From IMG/VR virus record IMGVR_UViG_3300045988_149975: 64,000 nt of DNA; one strand, 5' to 3'. The stretch's first letter is position 1. Every line of letters starts with the position of its first letter. A model generated the notes under the pieces. That model searched no databases, was not told the DNA's origin, and saw only the letters and a list, made by a program, of their open reading frames with translations. Below, piece after piece: positions 56,359-64,000 of the stretch. A program made the translations under genes and the position numbers. Origin of the DNA: a virus.

Positions 56359-57246
56359 TTATGTTCGAGGTATCTCGTGTATAGTCGATAGACTTTTTTC
56401 AGATAATTTATAACTCATTGATTTTGGTATAAATTCTTTTATGTAGTCGCAAAACTTTGTAAAACTTTTTGAAGGTATTCTTATCATCGGATAACCACAT
56501 TCAAGCTGAACATAGGTTTCAATTTTAATAATTTCATTTAAAGAATTGCTCAATAACTGACACTCCTCAATAGTAAAACAACAAGTTGCTATCTTACCCC
56601 AATTTCCTTTACCTTTACTACCATCATCTGCATACCATATAGCGATTGATAAAGGATTGAGCATTTCCTTAATGTTATTAGGAATAATCTTTGTTTTACC
56701 TTTATAGAACATTTCCCTTAACTGTTTTATATCTCCAAAGGCTTTTGTCCTTTTCCTAACCGATTGATAACCTTCTTTAGTTTTTCTATAATAACTACTG
56801 CTTATATCATTGCCAAAGAAACTTGCCTTATAGTTTAAGTAATCTTCTTGTTTAAGCGAATGACTTAAATAAAGTACCCTTCCATCAAGATAACCGTCAC
56901 CTAAAATGCTACCAATTACAACACTTCTTTGATTATCTGTTAAGTGCTTATAATCACTTTGTACAGCAGATATGCCATAATGTGTTAGCCATTTTGTAAC
57001 TGTACTATTCTTTACATTAAACTTTTCGCCGACATCTTTCTTCCTACCACCATTTTGAAAAACCTCTAATATCTCCTCTTTCGGTGGTATATAAGCAAAA
57101 TGTTCAAAAGTTCCTAACTTATACTCTTTAACAAGTCTTTTTATAACTTTTAAACTTACACTAAAATGTTTTGCAACTAATTTCTGACTTTTTAAGTCAT
57201 TATATACTTTTTGTAAATCTTCTTTTGCAATATAAATCTTTTTCAT
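56359..57246 (-). CDS. LAGLIDADG homing endonuclease (two-motif, intron-encoded), N-terminal HTH
   Basis: VIGSILGDGYL and SIAIWYADDGSKG motifs; its stop lies between P8 and P7' of the downstream intron core. Confidence 0.8.
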   Translation of the reverse strand: MKKIYIAKEDLQKVYNDLKSQKLVAKHFSVSLKVIKRLVKEYKLGTFEHFAYIPPKEEILEVFQNGGRKKDVGEKFNVKNSTVTKWLTHYGISAVQSDYKHLTDNQRSVVIGSILGDGYLDGRVLYLSHSLKQEDYLNYKASFFGNDISSSYYRKTKEGYQSVRKRTKAFGDIKQLREMFYKGKTKIIPNNIKEMLNPLSIAIWYADDGSKGKGNWGKIATCCFTIEECQLLSNSLNEIIKIETYVQLECGYPMIRIPSKSFTKFCDYIKEFIPKSMSYKLSEKSLSTIHEIPRT

Positions 57247-57614
57247 TATAAATTACCTTCCTTTAGTACGGTATTACCCCTCTGGGGTTCACTTTCTATA
57301 TACATAGTATTATAGGCTTTTTAAAGCCAACCGTTTAGCGAGATGCTTTGTACTTGTTTTTATTCAAGCACAACGGCAAAATCTACCGTTAAATAACTGT
57401 TCAGGCGCACCATAGTTGCTCGCATTACAGCACTATTACTTTCACCCACTATGGTAAGGGTTACTGACTAATATCTCTATTAGCGGGGCAACTGCTTCTC
57501 TAAAGTGTCTTTACACTTGAGTCACCCTCTTATGGTTTCCCATAAGGTTAGACTATCTCATCCCCCGATTTTTTACATCGGGGGCTTCGTCCATAGTCGT
57601 TGCAAGGGTATCAA

Positions 57615-58145
57615 TTAAACATATTCAAACCTATACGTTCCTAATAATACATTATTTCTTAACAATGCAGAAGTTATTGATGGGTATTTAAGATTGAGTT
57701 TCTCTGACGCTTCTCTCGTACTATTAAACTCAAACTTTTCTCCTGTTTTTATATTCTCACATTTAATTTTGCGACTTCTATGTTTTATACCATTTTCTCT
57801 CGCCGCTTTGCTATGTGCTTCTGTCATAACATTTATCAGACCATGTGCATAAGCGTGTCTAATATTATAACTTGAATCACACCATTCTAAATTCTCAACG
57901 TGGTTATTTAACTTGTTACCATCTATATGATTTACTTGCGGTAAATTATCAGGGTTAGGTATAAAATTCATTGCTACAAGCCTATGAATTTTCTTTGAAT
58001 GTTTACCATCCTTATCATATAAGTTTACATATAAATAACCGCCTTTGTTGACAGTTTGAACTAAAAACTTTTGTGTAAATGTGGAATATACCCTTCCATC
58101 ATCATAAATATAATAATTTTCAAAACCTTTAATTTTTCGTTTCAC
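57615..58145 (-). CDS. HNH homing endonuclease (NUMOD4-HNH), intron-encoded
   Basis: IPNPDNLPQVNHIDGNKLNNHVENLEW, near-identical motif block to ORF 23052..23642; followed at once by the intron P7-P8-P7'-P9. Confidence 0.8.
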   Translation of the reverse strand: MKRKIKGFENYYIYDDGRVYSTFTQKFLVQTVNKGGYLYVNLYDKDGKHSKKIHRLVAMNFIPNPDNLPQVNHIDGNKLNNHVENLEWCDSSYNIRHAYAHGLINVMTEAHSKAARENGIKHRSRKIKCENIKTGEKFEFNSTREASEKLNLKYPSITSALLRNNVLLGTYRFEYV

Positions 58146-58279
58146 TTACGTTACTCCTCTCTTTATGTTTAATCTTAACCTTCTCACAGGATTGGCATGA
58201 CTTTTCAGTTTTAGCTTTCCCTGTTTTCACGAAGTTTAATCGAGTACATTACTGTACAAGTGGACTAATGCTAATGGCT

Positions 58280-58972
58280 TTATGCCACTCTTTCAATCCA
58301 TTCAGGGCAATCTCTCAAATCACGGCTCTGATGAGGATGAACAAATGCGATATAATAACTACCATCAATTTTCGGTGCATTATTAGTAGAAAGAATTTCT
58401 ACTGCATCTTTAATAGTAGCTACTGTAAGGGTATTTACACCTGCTGCTAATTGATTACGCTGTGTAACTTTAGCACCGTCTTTCTGTCTACCAAATACTT
58501 TAGAAGTACCACTGCCACCTTTAACAGCTACATCACGCAGTTCCAGTTCAAGAGTAGTTACATAGTTTCTTGCTAACTGACGCATTGCAATTTCAAGTTC
58601 GTTTACAAAGGAGAAACGAATTGCAGCTTCAGTAATCATTACAGCAGTACCATGTTCTACTACTTTAATGGATTTAGTGCTGGAACTTAAAGTCTGTGTT
58701 TTAATGTGCTTACCTTCTTCAAGAGGTGAAGATACTTTTAAATTATTATAAGTAAGCATTTTAATTTCATTACCAGGATTTACAGTTAAATCCGTTTTTC
58801 TTGCCGCAAAATCATAAAAGCGATACACAGGCTCTGACAGGAAAAGAATTTCTCTGCTCAAAACAGGTGCTAAAGAATTTACTAACTGTACGGCAGTACC
58901 ACTATCCAGTTCAGTATCAGTAGTCTGAATAATAGTATTGATTTCATTGCCAAGCGGCCATTTTGTTGCCAT
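58280..58972 (-). CDS. major capsid protein (HK97 fold), 5' exon
   Basis: ...AAIRFSFVNELEIAMRQLARNYVTT...SYYIAFVHPHQSRDLRD... matches the central part of HK97-family capsid proteins; ends in a stop at the intron boundary. Confidence 0.65.
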   Translation of the reverse strand: MATKWPLGNEINTIIQTTDTELDSGTAVQLVNSLAPVLSREILFLSEPVYRFYDFAARKTDLTVNPGNEIKMLTYNNLKVSSPLEEGKHIKTQTLSSSTKSIKVVEHGTAVMITEAAIRFSFVNELEIAMRQLARNYVTTLELELRDVAVKGGSGTSKVFGRQKDGAKVTQRNQLAAGVNTLTVATIKDAVEILSTNNAPKIDGSYYIAFVHPHQSRDLRDCPEWIERVA

Positions 58973-58989
58973 TATTTAATCACTCCTAA

Positions 58990-59640
58990 TTATCTTTTAA
59001 ATCTTCTTGCCTCACGATATTCCTCATCAGACATTGAATTTAACTTACTAACAAGGTCATTGATTGATGTAGGCATTTGTCTTCTTCCTTGTTTCGGTGG
59101 TTTCGGTAAAGGCTCTCTATTTTTACCATACTTTTCTTTAACAGAATCTTGTAGGGCTTTTATCTCTGTATAAGAAGCATCAATTTCCTCTTTTGTACTA
59201 CCTTTTACCAAATTCTTAAAGTCATCATCAATATCTGACAGCTTACTTTCCCTGTAAGCCTTTAACTCTTCGGCATTTTTATAATCAGCAAAATCTTTTT
59301 CTGATTTCGCTAATTTAGCTTTATAATCTTCTAATTCCTTTTTGAGATTTTCAATCTCTGCTGTTGCTTCCATTTTCCCCTCATCCTTTGCCTTTGTAAT
59401 TTTTTCATTCAAATCGGAAAGTTCTTTCTCTTTTGCTTTAATGGTTTTTTCTAATTCATTGATTTTAAGAAAATTACCATTTGCATCTTTTACCTTGTTT
59501 GCTACCTCATCTTTCCATTTCTGAACCTCATCTTTCAGCTTTTGAATTTCAGGGTACAATTTATCCCTTTCCTGTTTTCTTGCTTTTTCTATTTCTGCTT
59601 GAATATCCACATTTGAATTAGTATCAATGTTATCTGCCAT
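58990..59640 (-). CDS. scaffolding protein
   Basis: 216 aa; highly charged, predicted coiled coil; between portal and capsid. Confidence 0.6.
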   Translation of the reverse strand: MADNIDTNSNVDIQAEIEKARKQERDKLYPEIQKLKDEVQKWKDEVANKVKDANGNFLKINELEKTIKAKEKELSDLNEKITKAKDEGKMEATAEIENLKKELEDYKAKLAKSEKDFADYKNAEELKAYRESKLSDIDDDFKNLVKGSTKEEIDASYTEIKALQDSVKEKYGKNREPLPKPPKQGRRQMPTSINDLVSKLNSMSDEEYREARRFKR

Positions 59641-59657
59641 TACTTTTTCCTCCTAAA

Positions 59658-59783
59658 TTATTTAGTTACTGTAAATTTAAGTTTCTGTTTATTTTGCGGT
59701 AATACAGGAGAATGTTTTGCAAACTTCTGTACTTTGGGAGCAGAAACTTTTTCAGAACTACCTTTCACTTTGTCATAACTCAT
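59658..59783 (-). CDS. small basic protein (41 aa)
   Basis: MSYDKVKGSSEKVSAPKVQKFAKH... between portal and scaffold; below the tracker cutoff. Confidence 0.2.
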   Translation of the reverse strand: MSYDKVKGSSEKVSAPKVQKFAKHSPVLPQNKQKLKFTVTK

Positions 59784-59786
59784 TAC

Positions 59787-61385
59787 TTATTCCTCCTTTG
59801 GGGGATTAGTATTACCTTCCCCTGTATTTAACTTATTATCCTCACCATTTCTATTACGCCCTACTGTATTCTTTAAATCAATTTGAGGATTAGCATTGCT
59901 ATCAGAATTTTGCTCTTTTTCCTTCACAATTACATTACCATCATAAGAATTTACGAGCCTACTTGATGTAGGCAAACTAATAGGTTGAATACCATAGAAC
60001 TGCGGATTATCTTTTACATCTTTTTCAATCTCACTTAAAAGGTCTTTTACCCTATCCTTATGCAATCTTGTCATTGCATCTTCTCTTGTAGTTAAACCTG
60101 CTTTAAGTTCAGATAAAATCATATCAAGAGTTGTTACTTCATCTTTAGGTAACATTTCACCCCACCAAATTCTATGATTATAAAAATCATAAGGACTTAC
60201 ATTATCAGGCATTGTTACTAAACCTTCTGTTAAACCTACTTTTAAAATTATCTTATTCAGATAAACTAAAGATTTTTCAGTCTGCACCCTTTTCTGATTA
60301 ATTAAATCAGTTAAAGGCATAAAGGCTATTTTAAGTGCTAAACCACTTAAATTACTTGGAGCAGTTTCACCACCAATAGCAAGTTTTGGCATACTACCTA
60401 TATTAAAGATTGAGTTTTCAATTCTATCTATATGAGTATTTGAAGCACTTAAATCACCATTTAATTCAAGATTATATGCTTTAGCTTTCTCACTCGGTAA
60501 GCACCATACTTTATTTGCACCTTTTTCGAGATTATGAAGTTTACATCCTTGTACAATAGTAGTAGGGGAAGCATTATAATCAAGAATCTGTGACACATCA
60601 CTTGCTTTTAAATTATATTCAATGTTAAGAGGAATTAAGTCTTTTAAATCTGACTGCCCAAACATCGAACCAACTAAAGGTAAATTTCTAAAAGGAACAA
60701 TAGGTATTACACCATATCTATTTTCTACTGTATAATCTTCTTCACCTTCAATATATCTTGTGATTCTTTCCCTTGTATACTCATATCTAACTACTTTTGT
60801 ATGTGAATTTAAAACACCATCTGTTTCTATCGGATATATAATATCAACTGCTTCTAATGCTTCAAAACTATCATCATACCCATCTTGATATTTAGGGAAT
60901 ACTAAACCTGACGGAATTGCAAATAATCTAATCCGTCCATTAGGATATATACCAAAGGGGTCTATTAAATCTTCTGCATCTTCAAAATATACTTGCACAT
61001 AAGCATCACCAGTTACATCTTTTGACTGTCCTACTTTACTCATTAAAGACGAACCATCATTATCATCCCAAACATTATTCAAAAAAGGTAATACTTTTTC
61101 CTCTATATCCTTATTTTCAAACTTAAATAAGAAACCACTATTAAACTCTGTTGCAACGTATTTATTAATAAACCTTGCTACCCAATTTGTTGTTATTTCA
61201 GGACTATCCTCATCATTTAAAACCTCTTCAAAATGATAGCCATTGTAGTAGTTCCAGTAGCGAGCATATTCCTTTACCCTTTGCCTGTCATCCTCATTTA
61301 AAAATTTAGTAATATCTGTTCCAGTCAAATATGGAGTTAAAAGTTTTTGCATTACTAATTTAGATAACTTATCTATGAACAACAT
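59787..61385 (-). CDS. portal protein
   Basis: 532 aa; immediately downstream of the large terminase. Confidence 0.65.
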   Translation of the reverse strand: MLFIDKLSKLVMQKLLTPYLTGTDITKFLNEDDRQRVKEYARYWNYYNGYHFEEVLNDEDSPEITTNWVARFINKYVATEFNSGFLFKFENKDIEEKVLPFLNNVWDDNDGSSLMSKVGQSKDVTGDAYVQVYFEDAEDLIDPFGIYPNGRIRLFAIPSGLVFPKYQDGYDDSFEALEAVDIIYPIETDGVLNSHTKVVRYEYTRERITRYIEGEEDYTVENRYGVIPIVPFRNLPLVGSMFGQSDLKDLIPLNIEYNLKASDVSQILDYNASPTTIVQGCKLHNLEKGANKVWCLPSEKAKAYNLELNGDLSASNTHIDRIENSIFNIGSMPKLAIGGETAPSNLSGLALKIAFMPLTDLINQKRVQTEKSLVYLNKIILKVGLTEGLVTMPDNVSPYDFYNHRIWWGEMLPKDEVTTLDMILSELKAGLTTREDAMTRLHKDRVKDLLSEIEKDVKDNPQFYGIQPISLPTSSRLVNSYDGNVIVKEKEQNSDSNANPQIDLKNTVGRNRNGEDNKLNTGEGNTNPPKEE

Positions 61386-61386
61386 C

Positions 61387-63798
61387 TCACCACCTTATCC
61401 TATGATTTCTTCTGCCTACAAATATATTCCTCTTTGTAGTCTGTATAAACTCATTGTTATCTACTACTTCAACTTCCCCAACATCATGCTTTAATCCCCA
61501 TACCATTAAGGCAGCACTAAATGGGTAATCATCATGTTTATTTCTTTCTTTAGGGGCAGCCACTACAAGTTTATCGCCCCTATAATCCTTTGTAAGTTCA
61601 AGACATTGCTCTTGAAATTTCCTATACTCAATAGTATCTTGTGCGCTCGAACTTGATGGATAGTGAAAACATTTATTATTAAGGTATGCACTAAAATTTT
61701 TCATTAACATACTCTTACTTGCAGGGGTAAATACAAAAGGTATCACTGGAAAATCTACATTAGCTGCTAATCTATCAGCTACTGGACTTCCTACACCGCT
61801 TCCATCTATAACACATAACTTGATATTAAATCTATTCAAATAATCCTTTACTTTATAAAACTGCTCTTCATAGTTGTCACCAACTATTTCCAACCAATCT
61901 ATTATCTTTATGTCATAAAGTACATAATCCTCTGCATCATACTCTGTTGCCTTTTCTAATACCACAGGACTTTCATAATTCGGAATACCTATTGTTACTA
62001 CTGTACTATCTTGTGATTTACCAACATCAATACCTGCTATGCAAACTTGATCTTTACAATAATCCATCCTATCTAATGTAGAATCTGCAACAGGGTCAGT
62101 AGTAAATAACTCTCCGTCAATGAACATACCAAACTGAAATACCCATTTCAAGCAGTTATGACTTGCAAGCCCCTCTGCTATAAAGGTATGTGTTGATGTT
62201 CTAATAGGAATTACTTTTCTATTACCGACAAATTTAACGCTTGTAACGTGAGGGTGTATATCCCTACCTAATTCACCATTTGAACATCTTAAAGTGCCCA
62301 AAGTATTAACATCAAGATTTTCAAGTAACCTTTTAGGTCTTACCATTCCTAAAAATTTGAGGGTTTCCCTCTTACCACCTGTTATTATGAGTCTATAAAC
62401 ATCATCTTGGTTTCTTTCAGCATATATAGGACTTGTATAATAACTATACTCAAATCCATATTTATCTAAACACTCTTTAACGTGCTTGAGCATTGCATTA
62501 TCTCTTTGTGCAAAACAAAGTTGTTGCAATCGCCCATCTGCGTGTCCTACATTACCTTCACCGTCAAAAGCAGCAGCTAAATAACCTAAATCATAATCAC
62601 TTTTTGGCATTTCCCATTTATTCAAAATTTTATATGCCCTATCAGTAAGTTTGAGGTCTTTAGTTTTTCTCCAACGTGTCAGTCTACCAGGTGTCATTAC
62701 AAGCCACTGATGCTCCTCCGAACAAGTAACTTTAGTACCATCCTCAAAAGTTACCTCATAACAAGGTCTTTCAATCTCACCTACATCTTCTACAATAGCT
62801 TCTCTGTATTTACGCTGTCCATATTTACCAGGTTTTTCCTCATCAAAACCTAATAATTTGTCGCCAACTTTAATAGAATCTGCTCTTACCCATCTTAAAT
62901 CTGCTGTAAGAATTTCCGTTTCAGGTGCAACACAGTAGTTCATTTCAAATTCCACACTGTTTTCACCCATTATCTTTTTAGCAGCTTCTACTGTTTTAGC
63001 GTATTTAGGATTATATTTAATAATCGTTTCATAGTTATACTCAAAATGATTTCTCTTTTTCTTGCCATTTTCATATTCTTTTTTATTTAATTCAATAGCA
63101 TCATAAAAAAAGTTTTTCTTAATTGACGGCGTACCAATAAGAATTTTAGTACCATTATAGAATGATACAGTAGGAAATATGGATTTCCTGTATTTATAAT
63201 TACTAATATCCTGTGCTTCATCACAAACATATAAATGGTATGAACCACCTTCAATGTTTGAACCGTCACTTGCTGAAAAACAAGTTATGGAAGATTTAAC
63301 ACCTAAATTATTAAATACAATAGTTACTCTCTCACCATTAAAAGTATCTTTAGTAATATTAAATTCATCACTTTCTAATATCTCTATTGCTCTTTTTGAT
63401 GATAAAAAATCTTTAATATTATTAAAGATAATCCTCGCCTGCGCCAGTGTTGGCGCAAATACGCCCATCATAATACCATTTTTAAACGGCTGTAAACGTG
63501 TATCATCTGCAAATAATGGCATATTAGCAAATACAGGTAGTATTACCATTAAACCTGATAATGTGGCTGATACTGTAAAACTTTTACCACTCTGTCGGGA
63601 CATAAGAGAAGTTATAGTGTCAGGGTCATTTGAAAGTACACCTTCGATAATTCTCCTACTAAATTGTGCTTGATGTGGAAAGAACTTTCTACCAGTCAAC
63701 ATTTCACAAAAAATCTGTATCTTACGAGTTAGTTCAGAAGTTTTAAGTGTTCTTCCTGTATAAGTAATAATATCACCACCTACATAACAAAAAACCAC
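61387..63798 (-). CDS. terminase large subunit containing a full-length intein
   Basis: Walker A SRQSGKS, Walker B HLYVCDEAQD, C-terminal nuclease domain. An intein lies between EFEMNY and CLKWVFQF. The true start is probably downstream of the tracker GTG, which sits inside a hairpin. Confidence 0.85.
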   Translation of the reverse strand: MVFCYVGGDIITYTGRTLKTSELTRKIQIFCEMLTGRKFFPHQAQFSRRIIEGVLSNDPDTITSLMSRQSGKSFTVSATLSGLMVILPVFANMPLFADDTRLQPFKNGIMMGVFAPTLAQARIIFNNIKDFLSSKRAIEILESDEFNITKDTFNGERVTIVFNNLGVKSSITCFSASDGSNIEGGSYHLYVCDEAQDISNYKYRKSIFPTVSFYNGTKILIGTPSIKKNFFYDAIELNKKEYENGKKKRNHFEYNYETIIKYNPKYAKTVEAAKKIMGENSVEFEMNYCVAPETEILTADLRWVRADSIKVGDKLLGFDEEKPGKYGQRKYREAIVEDVGEIERPCYEVTFEDGTKVTCSEEHQWLVMTPGRLTRWRKTKDLKLTDRAYKILNKWEMPKSDYDLGYLAAAFDGEGNVGHADGRLQQLCFAQRDNAMLKHVKECLDKYGFEYSYYTSPIYAERNQDDVYRLIITGGKRETLKFLGMVRPKRLLENLDVNTLGTLRCSNGELGRDIHPHVTSVKFVGNRKVIPIRTSTHTFIAEGLASHNCLKWVFQFGMFIDGELFTTDPVADSTLDRMDYCKDQVCIAGIDVGKSQDSTVVTIGIPNYESPVVLEKATEYDAEDYVLYDIKIIDWLEIVGDNYEEQFYKVKDYLNRFNIKLCVIDGSGVGSPVADRLAANVDFPVIPFVFTPASKSMLMKNFSAYLNNKCFHYPSSSSAQDTIEYRKFQEQCLELTKDYRGDKLVVAAPKERNKHDDYPFSAALMVWGLKHDVGEVEVVDNNEFIQTTKRNIFVGRRNHRIRW
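62155..62934 (-). mobile_element. intein (260 aa) with a LAGLIDADG homing-endonuclease domain, in the terminase ATPase domain
   Basis: CVAPETEILT N-terminal splicing block; YLAAAFDGEGNV LAGLIDADG motif; C-terminal THTFIAEGLASHN, then Cys+1. Confidence 0.8.
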
Positions 63799-63820
63799 AA
63801 TGGACTTTCATTGTGGTTTA
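63786..63820 (-). terminator. hairpin plus U6 just 5' of the terminase coding region (terminator or attenuator)
   Basis: AACCACAATG-loop-CATTGTGGTT followed by UUUUUUG on the minus strand. Confidence 0.4.
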
Positions 63821-63827
63821 CTACATT

Positions 63828-63929
63828 TTATTCTACAAAATAATAACCATATTTAACTCTTACTACTCGATTTTTATATCTTCTATCTTGCTTACAGGCA
63901 AGATATTCTCTTTTAGTAATTCTTCTCAT
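63828..63929 (-). CDS. 33-codon basic leader ORF with a strong RBS
   Basis: AAGGAG, 8 nt, ATG; MRRITKREYLACKQDRRYKNRVVRVKYGYYFVE. Confidence 0.25.
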   Translation of the reverse strand: MRRITKREYLACKQDRRYKNRVVRVKYGYYFVE

Positions 63930-63955
63930 TTAATACTCCTTTATTTTATACCTAT

Positions 63956-63984
63956 ATTATACCACAAAATTATTATTTTGTCAA
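63956..63984 (-). promoter_or_regulatory. sigma-70-type promoter (TTGACA, 17 nt, TATAAT, TGG extended -10) upstream of the structural gene block
   Basis: Minus strand TTGACAaaataataattttgtggTATAAT. Confidence 0.5.
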
Positions 63985-64000
63985 GTAATTTTTGAAAAAA

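Larger units (their letters stand above)
56259..58279 (-). mobile_element. intervening sequence in the capsid gene: two tandem group I introns, each with a homing-endonuclease ORF
   Basis: Two copies of a conserved intron core. P7 is GACUAU/AUAGUC and P8 is a hairpin in both; the upstream copy has P9 with a GAAA tetraloop (CCUUAUGG-GAAA-CCAUAAGG). The copies sit at 57480-57600 and 56262-56390, each directly 3' of a homing-endonuclease ORF. Confidence 0.6.

Noticed and set aside
63813-63995. Plus-strand ORF 63813..63995
   Set aside because: It lies antisense to the promoter/leader region upstream of the terminase, with a hydrophobic low-complexity translation.
1-64000. CRISPR arrays, tRNA genes, integrase/repressor module
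   Set aside because: There are no regularly spaced direct repeats, no cloverleaf-like GC-rich 70-90-nt islands in intergenic regions, and no tyrosine or serine recombinase. The lysogeny module, if any, is outside this window.

Overview
The window is a 64-kb, AT-rich (about 30% GC) stretch of a tailed phage or prophage. It is probably a siphovirus of a spore-forming Firmicute: codon usage looks Clostridium-like and a SpoVS homologue is present. Almost every gene lies on the minus strand. I found no tRNA gene, CRISPR array, integrase or repressor in this window.

Gene order, reading down the minus strand from 64000 to 1:
- **Head:** large terminase with a full intein; portal; scaffold; a major capsid gene split by two group I introns (HNH and LAGLIDADG homing endonucleases); Ig-like head protein; head-tail connector proteins.
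- **Tail:** major tail protein with a candidate -1 frameshift extension carrying an Ig-like domain; tail assembly chaperone G/G-T with an A_AAA_AAC slippery site; tape measure protein (1597 aa); gpM/gpL/gpK/gpJ-like tip proteins; an embedded HNH-AP2 endonuclease; tail fibres.
- **Tail-fibre diversification:** two independent systems sit side by side. One is a diversity-generating retroelement (RT with the IGxxxSQ motif, TR/VR pair with adenine-specific mismatches, C-type-lectin-like target). The other is a shufflon-like array of silent, alternately oriented tail-fibre C-terminal cassettes bounded by perfect inverted repeats.
- **Lysis:** XhlA-like protein, holin and an Amidase_3 endolysin.
- **Replication and nucleotide metabolism:** SF2 helicase, DnaC-like loader, DnaB-like helicase, HNH endonuclease, DnaG primase (frameshifted), candidate SSB, HU-like protein, family A DNA polymerase, RecA-like recombinase, Cas4-like nuclease, QueE, a divergent ThyX-like protein, class II RNR with a mini-intein, a Pnk-like HAD phosphatase, QueC, a DpdA-like TGT-family protein, an RNA ligase and three DNA methyltransferases.

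Six near-identical sigma-70-type promoters on the minus strand share the extended element TTGACA-N7-ATTTTGTGGTATAAT, or a close variant.

Several genes are disrupted in frame: two methyltransferases at G8/C9 homopolymers, the primase at a TATC tandem repeat, the RT start, and an in-frame TAG in a gpK-like gene. These could be phase variation, recoding or sequencing errors, so they need read-level checking. All calls below come from reading the sequence and ORF translations only; no database search was run.
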